62,434 nucleotides of DNA, filler included, from Squatina squatina (GCA_031763465.1; 4 parts of 4 records of this genome joined end to end with filler, not necessarily neighbours in it), one strand, 5' to 3'. Shown: positions 12,001 to 23,909, counted from the whole stretch's first letter. Notes: a model not told the origin generated them from the letters alone. A program made the numbers and translations.

Positions 12001-15000
12001 ACGTGAGTGCACTCTCAGCAGGGAGTAAGGAGAGAGCACCAGGAGTGGAATTAGATGAGTGCACACTGAGCAGGGAGTGAGGAGGGAACACTAGTTTTGG
12101 AATTAGGTGAGTGCGCTCTTAGCAGGGAGTGAGGAGGGAGCAGCAGGCATGAAATTATGTGAGTGCACTATCAGCAGGGAGTGAGGAGGGAGCACCAGTT
12201 GTGGAACTGGGGAGTTAACTCTCAGCAGGGAGTGAGGAGGGAGCAGCAGCAGTGGAATTTCGTGAGAGCAGTCTCAGCAGGGAGTAAGGAGAGAGCACCA
12301 GTAGTGGAGCTGGTGAGTGCACTCTCAGCAAGATTGAGGATGGAGAACCAGTCGTGGAATGAGGTGAGTGCACTCTCAGCAGTGAGTGAGGAGGAGTGAC
12401 CAGTTTTGGAATTAGGTGAGTGCACTCTAAGCACGGAGTAAGGAGGGAACACCAAATGTGGAATTAGGTGAAGGCATTCTAAGCAGGGAGTAAGGATGCA
12501 GCACCAGTAGTGGAATTAGGTGAATGCACTCGAAGCACGGAGTAAGGAGGGAACACCAGTTGTGGAATTAGGTGAGTGGACTCTAAGCAGGGTGTAAGGA
12601 TGGAGCAGCAGTAGTGGAATTAGGTGAGTGCACTATAAGCAGGGTGGAAGGAGGGAGCACCTGCAGTGGAATTAGGTGAGTGCACTCTCAGCAGGGAGTA
12701 AGGAGAGAGCACCAGTAGTGGAATTAGGTGAGTGCACTCTGGGCAGGGAGTGAGGAGGGAGCACCAGTAGTGCAATTAGGTGACTGCACTCTAAGCAGGG
12801 AGTGAGGAAGCTTCACCAGTAGTGGAGTTCCGTGAGTGCACTTTCAGCAGGGAGTAAGGAGAGAGCACCAGTAGTGGAATTAGATGAGTGCACACTGAGC
12901 AGGGAGTGAGGAGGGAGCACTAGTTTTGGAATTAGGTGAGTGCACTCTTAGCAGGGACTGTGGGGGATCACCAGTATTGGAATTTAGTGAGTGCACTCTA
13001 AGAAGGGAATAAGGACGGAGCACGAGCAGTGGAATTAGGTGAGTGCACTCTGAGCAGGGAGTCAGGAAGGAGCACCAATAGTCGAATTAGGTGAGTGCAC
13101 TCTCAGCAGGGAGTGAGGAGGGAGCACCAATAGTGGAATTAGGTGAGTGCACTCTCAGCAGGGAGGAAGGAGGGAGCACCAATAGTGGAATTATGTAAGT
13201 GCACTCTCAGCACGGAGTGAGGAGGGAGCACCAATAGTGGAATTAGGTGAGTGCACTCTCAGCAGGGAGTGAGGAGGGAGCACCAATAGTGGAATTAGGT
13301 GAGTGCACTCTAAGCAGGGAGTAAGGAGGGAGCAGCAGGCATGAAATTATGTGAGTGCACTATCAGCAGGGAGTGAGGAGGGAGCACCAGTAGTGGAACT
13401 GGTGAGTTAACTCTCAGCAGAGAGTGAGGAGGGAGCAGCAGTAGTGGAATTTCGTGAGAGCACTCTCAGCAGGGAGTATGGAGAGAGCACCATTAGTGGA
13501 GCTGGTGAGTGCACTCTGAGCAGAGAGTGAGGAGGAGCATCAGTAGCGGAATTAGGTGACAGCACTCTCAGCAGGGATTAAAGAGAGAGCACTAGTCATT
13601 TAATTAGGTCGTGCACTCTAAGCAGGGAGGAAGTAGAGAGCACCAGGCTTTGAATTAGGTGAGTGCACTATTAGCAGGGAGGAAGGAGAGAGCACCAGTC
13701 ATTGAATTAGGTAAGTGCACTCTGAGCAGCGAGGAATGGGAGAGCACCAGTAGTGGACTTTGGTCAATGCACTCTTAGCAGGGAGTAAGGAGGGCGCACC
13801 AGTCGTGGAATTAGGAGAGTGCAGTCTAAGCAGGGCAGAAGGAGAGAGCACCAGTAGTTGAATTAGGTGAGTGCTCTCGAAGCAGGGAGTGAGGAGGGAG
13901 CACCAGTACTGGATTTAGGTGTGTACACTCTGAGCAGTGAGTAATGAGGGAGCACCAGTAGTGGAATTAGGTGAGTGCACTCTAAGCAGGGCGTAAGGAG
14001 GGAGCACCAGTCGTGGAATTCTGTGAGTGCACTCGAAGTAGGGAGTGAGGAGGAAGCACCAGTTGTGGAATTTGATGAGTGCAATCTAAGCAGGTAGTGA
14101 GGAGGGATCACCAGAAGTGGAATGAGGTGAATGCACTCTAAGCAGGGATTCAGGAGGGAGCACCGATCGTGGAATTAGGTGAGTGCACTCTCAGCAGTGA
14201 GCAAAGAGGGAGCACCAGTAGTGGAATTAGGTGAGTGCACTCCAAGCAGGGAGTGAGGAGGGATCATCAGTAGTGGAATGAGGTGAGTGCACTCTAAGCA
14301 GGGAATAAGGGGGGAGCTCCAGGAGTGAAATTAGGTGTGTGCATCCAAGCAGAATGTAAGGAGGGAGCACCAGTCGTGGAATTATGTGAGTGCACTCTTA
14401 GCAGGGAGTGAGGAGGGAGCACCAGTTTTGGAATTAGGTCTCTGCACTCTAAGCAGAGTATAAGGAGGGAGCACAAGCCGTGGAAATATGTGTGTGCACT
14501 CTCAGCAGGGATTAAGGAGGGAGCACCAGTCGTGGAATGAGGTGAGTGCACTCTAAGCAGGGAGTGAGCAGGGAGCACCAGTACTGGAATTGGGTGAGTG
14601 CCCTCTCAGCAGGGATTGAGTTGGGAGCACCAGTAGTTCAATTCCGTGAAGGCACTCTAAGCAGCGAGTAAGGAGGGAGCACCAGTAGTGGAATTAGATG
14701 AGTGCACTCCAAGCAGGGAGTGAGGAGGGATCATCAGAATTAGGTGAGTGCACTCTAAGCAGGGCGTAAGGAGGCAGCATCAGTAGTGGAATTATGTGAG
14801 TGCACTCTCAGCAGGGAGTAAGGAGGGAGCACCAGTAGTGGAATTAGGTGAGTGCACTCTCAGCAGGGAGTAAGTTGGGAGCACCAGTAGTGGAATTATG
14901 TGAGTGCACTCTAAGCAGGGAGTGAGGAACGGAGGCATCAGTAGTCGAATGCGGTGAGTGCACTCTAAGCAGGGAGTAAGGAGGGAGCAGCAGTACTGGA

Positions 15001-18000
15001 ATTAGGTGAGTGCACTCGAAGCAGGGAGTGAGGAGGGAGCAGCAGGAGTGGAATTATGTGAGTGCAGCCCAAGCCGGGAGTAATGTGGCAGCACCAGTCA
15101 TGGAATTAGGTGAGTGCGCTCGAAGCAGGGATTAAGGAGGGAGCACCAGTAGTGGAATTAGGTGAGTGAACTCTCAGCAGGGAGAAAGGAGAGAGCACCA
15201 GTAGTTGAATTATATGACTGCACTCTCAGCAGGGAGTGAGGATGAGCAACAGTAGTGGAATTAGCTGAGTGCACTCACAGCAGGGAGGAAGGAGAGAGCA
15301 CCAATCGTGGAATTATTTGAGTGCACTCTGAGGAGGGAGTGAGGAGTGGAGGCACCAGTAGTGGAATGAGGTGAGTGCACTCTTAGAATGGAGTCAGAAG
15401 CAATCACCTGCAGTGGAATTTGGTGAGTGCACTCTACGCAGGGAGTAAGGAGGGAGCAGCAGTACTGGAATTCGGTGAGTGCACTCTCAGCACAGAGTGA
15501 GTAGGGAGCACTAGTCGTGGAATTAGGTGAATGCACTCTCAGCAGGGGGTGAGGAGGGAGCACCAGTAGCGGAATTGGTGAGTGCACACGAATCAGGGAG
15601 TGAGGAGTGCCACTTGTTGTGGAATTATGTGAGTGCACTCTCTGCAGAGAGGGCGGCGGGAGCACTTGTCGTGGAATTGGTGAGTGCATTCTCAGCAGTG
15701 AATAAGGAGGGAGCAGCAGTAATGGAATTAGCTGAGTGCACTACAAGCAAGAATGAGGAGCAAGAACCAGTGGTGGAATTCGGGGAGTGCACTCTCAGCA
15801 CGGAGTGAGGAGGGAGCACCAGTAGTGGAATTAGGGGAGTGCACTCTAAGCAGGGAGCAAGGAGGGGGCAACAATCGTGGAATTAGGTGAGTGCACTATA
15901 ATCAGGGAGTAAGGATGGAGCAGCAAAAGTGGAATTAGGTGAGTGTACTCGAAGCAGGGAGTAAGGAGGGAGCACCAGTACTGGAATTAGGTGAGTGCCC
16001 TCTCAGCAGGGTGTGAGGAGGGATCACCAGTACTGGAATTAGGTGAGTGCACTCTCAGCATGGACTAAGTAGAGAGCACCAGTACTGGAATTAGGTGAGT
16101 GCACTTTCAGCAGGGAGTGAGGAGGGAGCACCAATAGTGGAATTAGGTGAGTGCACTTTAAGCAGGGAGTAAGGATGGAGCAGCAACAGTGGAATTAGGT
16201 GAGTGCAATCGAAGCAGGGAGTAAGGAGGGAGCACCAGTACTGGAATTGGAGTGGGAGAGGCCTCTTAGCAGGGAGTGAGGAGGGATCACCAGTCGTGGA
16301 ATTAGGTGAGTGCACTCTTAGCTGGGAGTCAGGAGGGAGCACCAGTACTGGAATTAGGGGAGTGCACTCTAAGCAGGGAGTGAGGAGGGAGCAGCAGTAG
16401 TGGAATTAGGTGAGTGCACTCTCAGCAGGGAGTAAGAATCGAGCACCTGTAGGGGGATTAGGTGAGTGCACTCTTAGCATGGAGTAAGGAGGGAGAACCA
16501 GTGGTGTAATTAGGTGAATGCACTCTCAGCAGGGAGTAAGGAGGGAGCACCAGTACTGGAATTAGGGGAGTGCACTCTGAGCAGGGAGTGAGGAGGGATC
16601 ACATGTAGTGGAATTAGGTTAGTGCAGTCTCAGCAGTGAATAAGGAAAGAGCACCAGTACTGGTACTGGTGAGTGCACACTAAGCAGGGAGTGAGGAGGG
16701 CCACTAGTTGTGGAAGGATGTCAGTGCACTCTAACCAGGGAGGGCGGAGGGAGCACCAATCGTGGAATTGGTGAGTCAACTCTCAGCAGTGAATAAGGAG
16801 GGAGCAGCAGTAATGGAATTAGCTGAGTGCACTCCAAGCAAGAATGAGGTGGATGAACCAGTGGTGGAATTAGGGGAGTGCACTCTAAGCTGGGAGTGAG
16901 GAGGGAGCACCAGTGGTGGAATTAGGGGATTGCACTCTAAGCAGGGAGAAAGGAGGGAGCACCAATAGTGGAATTAGGTGAGTGCACTATAAGCAGGGAG
17001 TAAGGATGGAGCACCAATAGTGGAAGTAGGTGAGTGCACTCGAAGCAGGGAGCAAGGAGGGAGCACCAATAGTGGAAGTAGGTGAGTGCACTCGAAGCAG
17101 GGAGTGAGGAGGGATCACCAGTCGTGGAATTAGGGGAGTGCACTCTAAGCAGGGAGTAAGTAGAGAGCACCAGTACTGGAATTCGCTGAGTGCACTCTCA
17201 GCAGGGAGTGAGGAGGGAGCAGCAATAGTGGAAGTAGGTGAGTGCACTCTTAGCAGGGAGGCAGGAGGGAGAACAAGTGGTGGAATTAGGTGAGTGCACT
17301 CTAAGCAGGGAGTAAGGAGGGAGCACCAGTACTGCAAATAGGGGAGTGCACTCGAAGCAGCGAGTAAGGAGAGAGCACCAGTAGTGGAACTGTTGAGTGC
17401 ACACTAAGCAAGGAGTGAGGAGGGCCACTAGTTGTGGGAGTATGTGAGTGCACTCTAACCATGGAGGGCGGAGGGAGCACCAATCGTGGAATTGGTGAGG
17501 GCACTCTCAGCAATGAATAAGGAGGGAGCAGCAGTAATGGAACTAGCTAAGTGCACTCCAAGCAAGAATGAGGTGGATGAACCAGTCGTGGAATTAGGTG
17601 AGTGCACTCGAAGCAAGGAGTAAGGAGGGAGCACCAGTAGTGGAATTCGGTGAATGCACTCTCAGCAGGGAGAAAGGAGAGAGCACCAGTCGTTGAATTA
17701 TGTGAGTGCACTCTAAGCAGGGAGTGAGGAGGGAGCACCAGTAGTGGAATTTGGTGAGTGCACTCTCAGCAGGGAGGAAGGAGAGAGCACCATTCGTGGA
17801 ATTATTTGAGTGCACTCTGAGCAGGGAGTGAGGAGGGGAGGCACCAGTAGTGGATTGAGGTGGGTGCATTCTAAGCAGGGAGTAAGAAGCGAGCACCTGT
17901 AGTGGAATTAGGTGAGTGCACTCTAAGCAGGGAGTAAGGTGGTCGCAGTAGAACTGGAATTAGGTGAGTGCACTCTCAGCACAGAGTGAGTAGGGAGCAC

Positions 18001-20696
18001 TAGTCGTGGAATTAGGTGAGTGCACTCACAGCAGATGGTGAGGAGAGAGCAACTGTCAGCAGGGAGCAAGGAGGGAGCACCACTAATGGAATTAGTTGAG
18101 CGCCCTCTAAGCAGGGAGTGAGGAAGGATCACCAGTCATGGAATTACGTGAGTGCACTCTAAGCAGGGAGTAAGGAGGGATCGCCTGTAATGGAATTAGC
18201 TGAGTGCACTCGAAGCATGGAGTAACGAGTGATCACCAGTAGTGGAATTAGGTGTGTGCACACAAGCAGGGAGTGAGGAGGGACACCTGTTCTGGAAGTT
18301 TTTGAGCGCACTCCAACCATGGAGGGTGGAGGGAGCACCAATCGTGGAATTGGTGAGGGCACTCTCAGCAGTGGATAAGGAAGGAGCAGCAGTAATGGAA
18401 TTAGCTGAGTGCATTCCAAGCAAGAATGAGGTGAATGAACCAGTGGTTGAATTAGCGAGTGCACTATGAGCAGGGAGCAATGAGGGAGCATCAATAGTCG
18501 AATAAGGTGAGTGCACTCGAAGCAGGGAGTGAGGAGGAATCACCAGTCGTGGAATTAGGTGAGTGCACTCAAAGCAGGGAGTAAGGAGGGATCACCAATA
18601 GAGAAATTAGGTGAGTGCACTATAAGCAGGGAGTAAGGAGGGAACACCAGTACTGGAATTAGGTGAGTGCCCTCTCAGCAGAGAGTGAGGAGCGATCACC
18701 AGTCGTGGAATTCGGTGAGTGCACTCTGAGCAGGGAGTGAGGAGGGATCACCTGTAGTGGAATTAGGTGAGGGCACTCGAAGCAGGGAGTGAGGAGGGAT
18801 CACCTGTAGTGGAATTAGGTGAGTGCACTCGAAGCAGGGAGTAAGGAGGGAGCACCAGTAGTGGAATTCGTTGGGTGCACTCTAAGCAGCGAGTAAGGAG
18901 AGAGCACCAGTAGTGGAACTGGTGAGTGCACACTAAGCAGGGAGTGAGGAGGGCCACTTGTTGTGGAAGTATGTGAGTGCACTCTAACCATGGAGGGTGG
19001 AGGGAGCAACAATCGTGGAATTGGTGAGGGCACTCTCAGCAGTGAATAAGGAGGGAGCAGCGGTAATGGAATTAGCTAAGTGCACTCCAAGCAAGAATGA
19101 GCTGGATGAACCAGTGGTGGAATTAGGGGAGTGCACTCTCAGCAGGGAGTAAGGAGAGAGCATCAGTCGTGGAAATTCGGTGAGTGCACTCGAAGCAGTG
19201 GGTAAGGAGTGAGAACCAGCGGTGGAATTAGGGCAATGCACTCTAAGCAGGGAGAAAGGAGGGAGCACCAGTACTGGAATTAGGGGAGTGCACTCTGAGC
19301 AGGGAGTCAGGAGGGATCACCTGTAGTGGAACTGGGTGATCGCACTCTCAGCAGAGATTGAGGAGGGGTAACCAGTATTCGAATTAGGTGATTGCACTCT
19401 AAGCAGGGAGCAAGGAGGGAGCACCAGTAGTGGAATTAAGTGAGTGCACTCGACGCAGGGAATGAGGAGGGATAATTAGTTTTGGAGTTAGGTGAGTGGA
19501 CTCTCAGCAGGGCATGAGGAGGGAGCACCAATAGTGGAATTAAGTGAGTGCACTATAAGCAGGGAGTAAGGATGGAGCAGCAATAGTGGAATTAGGTGAG
19601 TGCACTCGAAGCAGGGAGAAAGGAGGGAGCACCACTAGTGGAATTTGGTGAGTGCACTCTCAGCAGGGAGGAAGGAGAGAGCACCAGTCGTGGAATTATC
19701 TGAGTGCACTCTGAGCAGGGAGTGAGGAGGGGAGGCACCAGTAATGGAATGAGGTGAGTCCATTTTAAGCAGGGAGTAAGAAGCGAGCACCTGTAGTGGA
19801 ATTAGCTGAGTGCACTCTAAGCAGGAAGTAAGGAGGTTGCAGCAGAACTGGAATTAGGTGAGTGCACTCTCAGCACAGAGTGAGTAGGGAGCACTAGTCG
19901 TGGAATTAGGTATGTGCACTCTCAGCAGATGGTGACGAGAGAGCAACTGTTGTGGAATTATGTGAATGCACCCTCAGCAGGGAGTGAGGAGGGAGCACCA
20001 GTAGTGGAATTGGTGAGTGCCACACGAAGCAGGGAGTGATGAGGGCCACGAGTTGTGCAATTATGTGAGTGCACTCTATGCAGGGAGGGCGGAGGTCGCA
20101 CCAATCGTGAAATTGGTGAGTGCATTCTCAGCAGTGAATAAGGAGGGAGCAGCAGTAATGGAATTAGCTGAGCGCACTCCAAGCAAGAATGAGGAGGATG
20201 AACCAGTGGTGGAATTAGGGGAGTGCAGTCTAAGCACGGAGTGAGGAGGCAGCACCGGTAGTGGAATTAGGGGAGTGCACTCTAAGCAGGGAGCAAGGAG
20301 GAAGCATCAATAGTGGAATTAGTTGAGCGCCCTCTAAGCAGGGAGTGAGGAGGGATCACCAGTGGTGGAATTAGGTGAATGCACTCTCAGCAGGGAGTAA
20401 GGAGGGAGCACCAGTACTGGAATTAGGGTAGTGCACTCTGAGCAGGGAGTTAGGAGGGATCACCTGTAGTGTAATTATGTCAGTGCACTCGAAGCAGGGA
20501 GTAAGGAGGGAGCACCAGTAGTGGAATTAGGTGAGTGCACTCGAAGCAGCGAGTAAGGAGAGAGCACCAGTAGTGGAACTGGTGAGTGCACACTAAGCAG
20601 GGAGTGAGGAGGGCCACTAGTTGTGGAAGTATGTGAGTGCACTCTAACCATGGAGGGTGGAGGGAGCAACAATCGTGGAATTGGTGAGGGCACTCT
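1..20696. repeat. Tandem satellite DNA, 52-bp monomer, ~400 copies (truncated at both ends)
   Basis: Consensus read from the sequence: ACCAGTAGTGGAATTAGGTGAGTGCACTCTAAGCAGGGAGTAAGGAGGGAGC (52 nt), head-to-tail throughout with no unique spacers and no gaps. Monomers are divergent, with occasional indel variants. Confidence 0.97.
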
Positions 20697-20796
20697 NNNN
20701 NNNNNNNNNNNNNNNNNNNNNNNNNNNNNNNNNNNNNNNNTTAATTAATTAANNNNNNNNNNNNNNNNNNNNNNNNNNNNNNNNNNNNNNNNNNNN
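20697..20796. other. Artificial scaffold linker N44-TTAATTAATTAA-N44
   Basis: Exactly 44 N + a 12-mer palindrome with stop codons in all six frames + 44 N = 100 bp. Identical at three places in the window. Confidence 0.97.
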
Positions 20797-21740
20797 GGGG
20801 GGGGGGGGGGGGGGTGGGTAGCACATGACCCTAACGGAGCTCACCCAATTTAATGACCACTACCGTAAACAGACATAAATTCAGGTGAGCTCCCTTATGG
20901 GTGTGCGCTCCTCTCTGTCCCACTTTGATGCACCCAGGTGATCCAGGAAAATCCGCCCCATCATTGCTTCTAATCTCCGTGTACAAATCTGAGATTGAAT
21001 ACATTTGTTTCCTTCCCTTCCCTCGTGTGCCATTTCTTTTACATATTTGCTTGAATGTTGCTGTTCTGCATTATCCACTGCCTCCCCCTCCTGCCTCGTG
21101 CACACTTCAGCTCTTGCACCCACGCACTTTTCCACACAAAGTATACATTCTCGCTGCTCGCGTTGTTTCTGCAGCCTTTACTGTGCTCACTACAAAGAGT
21201 GGAGCTTTCTGGCAGCACTGGGCCAACAGCTGTGTCCCCACAGTTGGTTCCCGTTTTCTCGAGTACCTGCAGTTTCATCCGATCTCTGGAGGTGTCTGCG
21301 TAGACAAAACCCACGATCTTATTTTTGGAACAGTGAGTGACTGAACATAATTAATCTGGGAGATGAGGGACTGAATAAAATTAATTGGCGAGCTACGGGA
21401 GTCTCCTTCTGAACGCCTTGCCTTTGTGTGGTGACGGACGACTTCTATTAAAATGAGGTCTAATATCTCTGACAGAACTCTGTATTCAGCACTGGCTTGG
21501 GTGCTTACAGTCCTCAAATGAGGTCTGTTGAAACAGTTTTGGTCTGGTCTGGGGCTTGGTTTTGCTGCAACGCAGTAGTTGCAGGCTGGCATTCATTCAT
21601 CAATGAGCTGGTTTATGCTGTTCTGGAATACTTTTTAAATTTATTCAGATTGCGGTTCCCTCACGGAATCAAGATCTCTACGAATGTCGAAAGCTTGTAC
21701 TGTGGACGCATTTAATGGTAGCTCCTATTTATTGTAAAAG

Positions 21741-22194
21741 ACTTTTATTTATATAGCACTTTTCATGACCTCAGGACATCCCAAAGCTCTTCACAGCCAG
21801 TGAAGTACTTTTGACGTGTAGTCACTGTTATAATGTAGAAAATATGGCAGCTAATTTACACACCGCAAAGTCCCACAAACAGCAGTGTGATAATGACCAG
21901 ATCATCTGTTTTAGTGATATAGGTTGAGAGATAAATGTTGGACCAGGACACCAGGGAAAAGACAACTGATTTTCTTCAAATAGTGCCATAGGAAATTTTC
22001 CGCTTACCTGAGAGGGAAGATAGGCCTCAGTTTAGTGTCTCATCAGAAAGATGACATCCCTGACAGTGCAGCACTCCCTCAGTACTGCACTGGAATGTCC
22101 GCCTAGATTTTGTGCTCAAGTCTCTGGAGTGGGAATGGGATTTGAACCCATCACCTTCTGATTCATAGGTGAGAGTGCTGCCACTGAGCCACGG
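21741..22194 (-). mobile_element. tRNA-derived DeuSINE (SacSINE1-like), near full length
   Basis: Minus strand begins with a tRNA-like head (CCGTGGCTCAGTGGCAGCACTCTC...GGTTCAAATCC, A/B-box like). It contains CAGTGCAGTACTGAGGGAGTGCTGCACTGTC and ends in a GCTATATAAAT tail. Family assignment is from recall. Confidence 0.75.
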
Positions 22195-22729
22195 TTCAAC
22201 AAATCATTGAGTTATGAGATTGATGTTACCTGACTACTGAGGGAATCTGAGTGTACCCTTAATGTACCGTCTGCTATATATGTACGATATGTATTGTCCC
22301 CCCTCCTTCCACGCCTATTGTTATAGAAGATACTTCCTCACTCTTCTCTTCCTGATTACTATAAATAACAGAATGAAATTGGGGTCAAAGATTTTTTGAT
22401 TAAATCAATACTGACTGAGTTTGGGAGGTAAAGGTTGGTGTCGTCCATTTGCCTGTTGCTGTAACTGACAGCCACATGCTGAAGTGAAGAACCTTTGCCT
22501 GTTTGATGCTCTGCTGCACGAACTAGCACCTGCTTAAATCTGAAACCTGCACTCTCTGAACCTGTAGGCGGGCTTCTCTTGGAAGCGAAACTGACTTGAA
22601 CACTGCTTTCTCCGGTTCTCTTTGGCTGGAGCCATTTAACTCTTGCTGGGCTACGTTTCCACACACGTTGAGCACCCTACCAGCTTTCCCTTTGTGTAAC
22701 TCTAGGAAGTGATTGTTGGCAGGCTATTG

Positions 22730-22885
22730 GACTATGGGAACTATCACAGCTGAGCCTGGTCTGGCTGCACCCAGCATTCGTATACTTACTGAGGTCCACT
22801 GGAGTGCCCCAACGGTTGAGATCAGATTATGTAGCGTGGACCAGAGATCAAACCTGTGACCTTCTGCTGTGTAACGTAGTACTGG
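22730..22885 (-). mobile_element. Old SINE-like repeat fragment
   Basis: GACCAGAGATCAAACCTGTGACCTT and GAGATCAG motifs are the reverse complement of the family seen at 23318, 57076, 59041 and 61510. Confidence 0.4.
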
Positions 22886-23244
22886 GTTACCGCCATTGGA
22901 CTCTCACTTTGGCAATGCAGTATTTCCATACTTGCTGTTCTAAGCTCCAGTAGTACTTCATCTAAAGCAATTCTAACTGGAACTTTTAAAGCAAACCGTA
23001 TTTCCAGGGCAGCACTGCTTAGCACTGGCTATCAAATTGCCCTCTGTATTTGTTTTAAGCAACATTGCTGCGGTCCCCATTTTGTATATTTCTCTTGCTG
23101 AAGAGGGTTGTTAGGTTAGGATATTTAAAGGACTATGAAGGAAATTTGGGTGTTTTTAGCCCTAATATTTAAAGTTTCTCTGTGTTTTCATTTATTTTAG
23201 AACAACATATTAAGTTCCCTCCATGGGATTAGTGTGGTTGCTCC

Positions 23245-23315
23245 ACATGAAGAGCTAGCACCAACACGAGCTCAATGGGCCAAACGGCCTTCCCTTGTGC
23301 TACAAATTCTGATTC
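23245..23315 (+). mobile_element. CR1-type LINE 3' tail fragment
   Basis: ATGGGCCAAACGGCCTTCCCTTGTGCTACAAATTCTGATTC resembles the CR1/HE1 3' terminus, also present at 46730-46770. Confidence 0.55.
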
Positions 23316-23317
23316 AA

Positions 23318-23470
23318 CAGCTCAGTGGGTAAAAGCAGTGCTTGGCGCAGTACAGAACCATACAGCCCAGGAAGACCCCATCTTCGACCCCTGTTTGTAC
23401 CGTTAGCTGATCACAGGTAGGGAAAGCTCACGTCACTGGGGGTGCCCATGCGAATTGCTATCCAGTACTG
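23318..23470 (+). mobile_element. Old SINE-like repeat with tRNA-like head
   Basis: CAGCTCAGTGGGTAA...CCATACAG...TTCGACCCCTG...GTTAGCTGATC, with several diverged copies in the window. Confidence 0.45.
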
Positions 23471-23589
23471 GAAGTATGTATGTCGGAACATTGGTTGAGG
23501 AAAGGATTTAACTCTCCTCAATCCTGTGAACCAGCTCCCACTTTTGAATAGCTCGCTGACACTCACTGTCTCGGCTCTTTGGAGTTAAT

Positions 23590-23724
23590 TTAATTCATTC
23601 TCTGGATGTAGGGGTCACTGGCAAGGCTGGCATTGATTGTCCATCCCTAGTTGCTGGATTTGATACAACGGAGTGGATTGCTAGGCCACTTCAGGGGCAA
23701 TTAAGCACCAATTGCATTGGTGTG
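23590..23724 (-). mobile_element. LINE/SINE 3' end fragment
   Basis: GGATGTAGGGGTCACTGGCAAGGCTGGCATTGATTGTCCATCCCTAGTTGC is the reverse complement of the 3' end seen at 41280-41335. Confidence 0.6.
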
Positions 23725-23909
23725 NNNNNNNNNNNNNNNNNNNNNNNNNNNNNNNNNNNNNNNNNNNNNNNNNNNNNNNNNNNNNNNNNNNNNNNNNNNN
23801 NNNNNNNNNNNNNNNNNNNNNNNNTGACTTCATGTGATAAATGCCTTTTCAAGGTAACTTTAGCCTGAGAAAGGATTATTAACATTTATTTATTGTTTTG
23901 CCTTTGCAG

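Noticed and set aside
2336-20693. Dozens of Leu/Pro/Ser/His-rich ORFs as a repeat protein
   Set aside because: 52 is not a multiple of 3, so frames rotate and hit stops regularly. Frameshifting indels are tolerated. These ORFs are by-products of the satellite.
1-20696. CRISPR array (regular repeats with a palindrome)
   Set aside because: There are no unique spacers: the whole 52 bp repeats. No cas genes, and the context is vertebrate.
1-20696. Telomeric repeat or human-type GGAAT satellite
   Set aside because: TTAGG and GGAAT occur once per monomer only, and there are no tandem TTAGGG or GGAAT runs.
20741-20752. TTAATTAATTAA as a biological motif (piggyBac TTAA or homeodomain site)
   Set aside because: It is exactly centred in N44 flanks three times, so it is a synthetic linker.
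20881-21715. Cluster of overlapping ORFs on both strands
   Set aside because: No recognisable domain, mostly non-ATG starts and no convincing splice pair.
22062-22093. Satellite derived from the DeuSINE core (shared CAGTACTG, AGGGAGTG, TGCACT)
   Set aside because: The shared words are short and not collinear with the monomer, so this cannot be supported without a statistical alignment.
22140-22194. tRNA gene
   Set aside because: The A/B-box-like head continues into a SINE body and tail, with no full cloverleaf evident.
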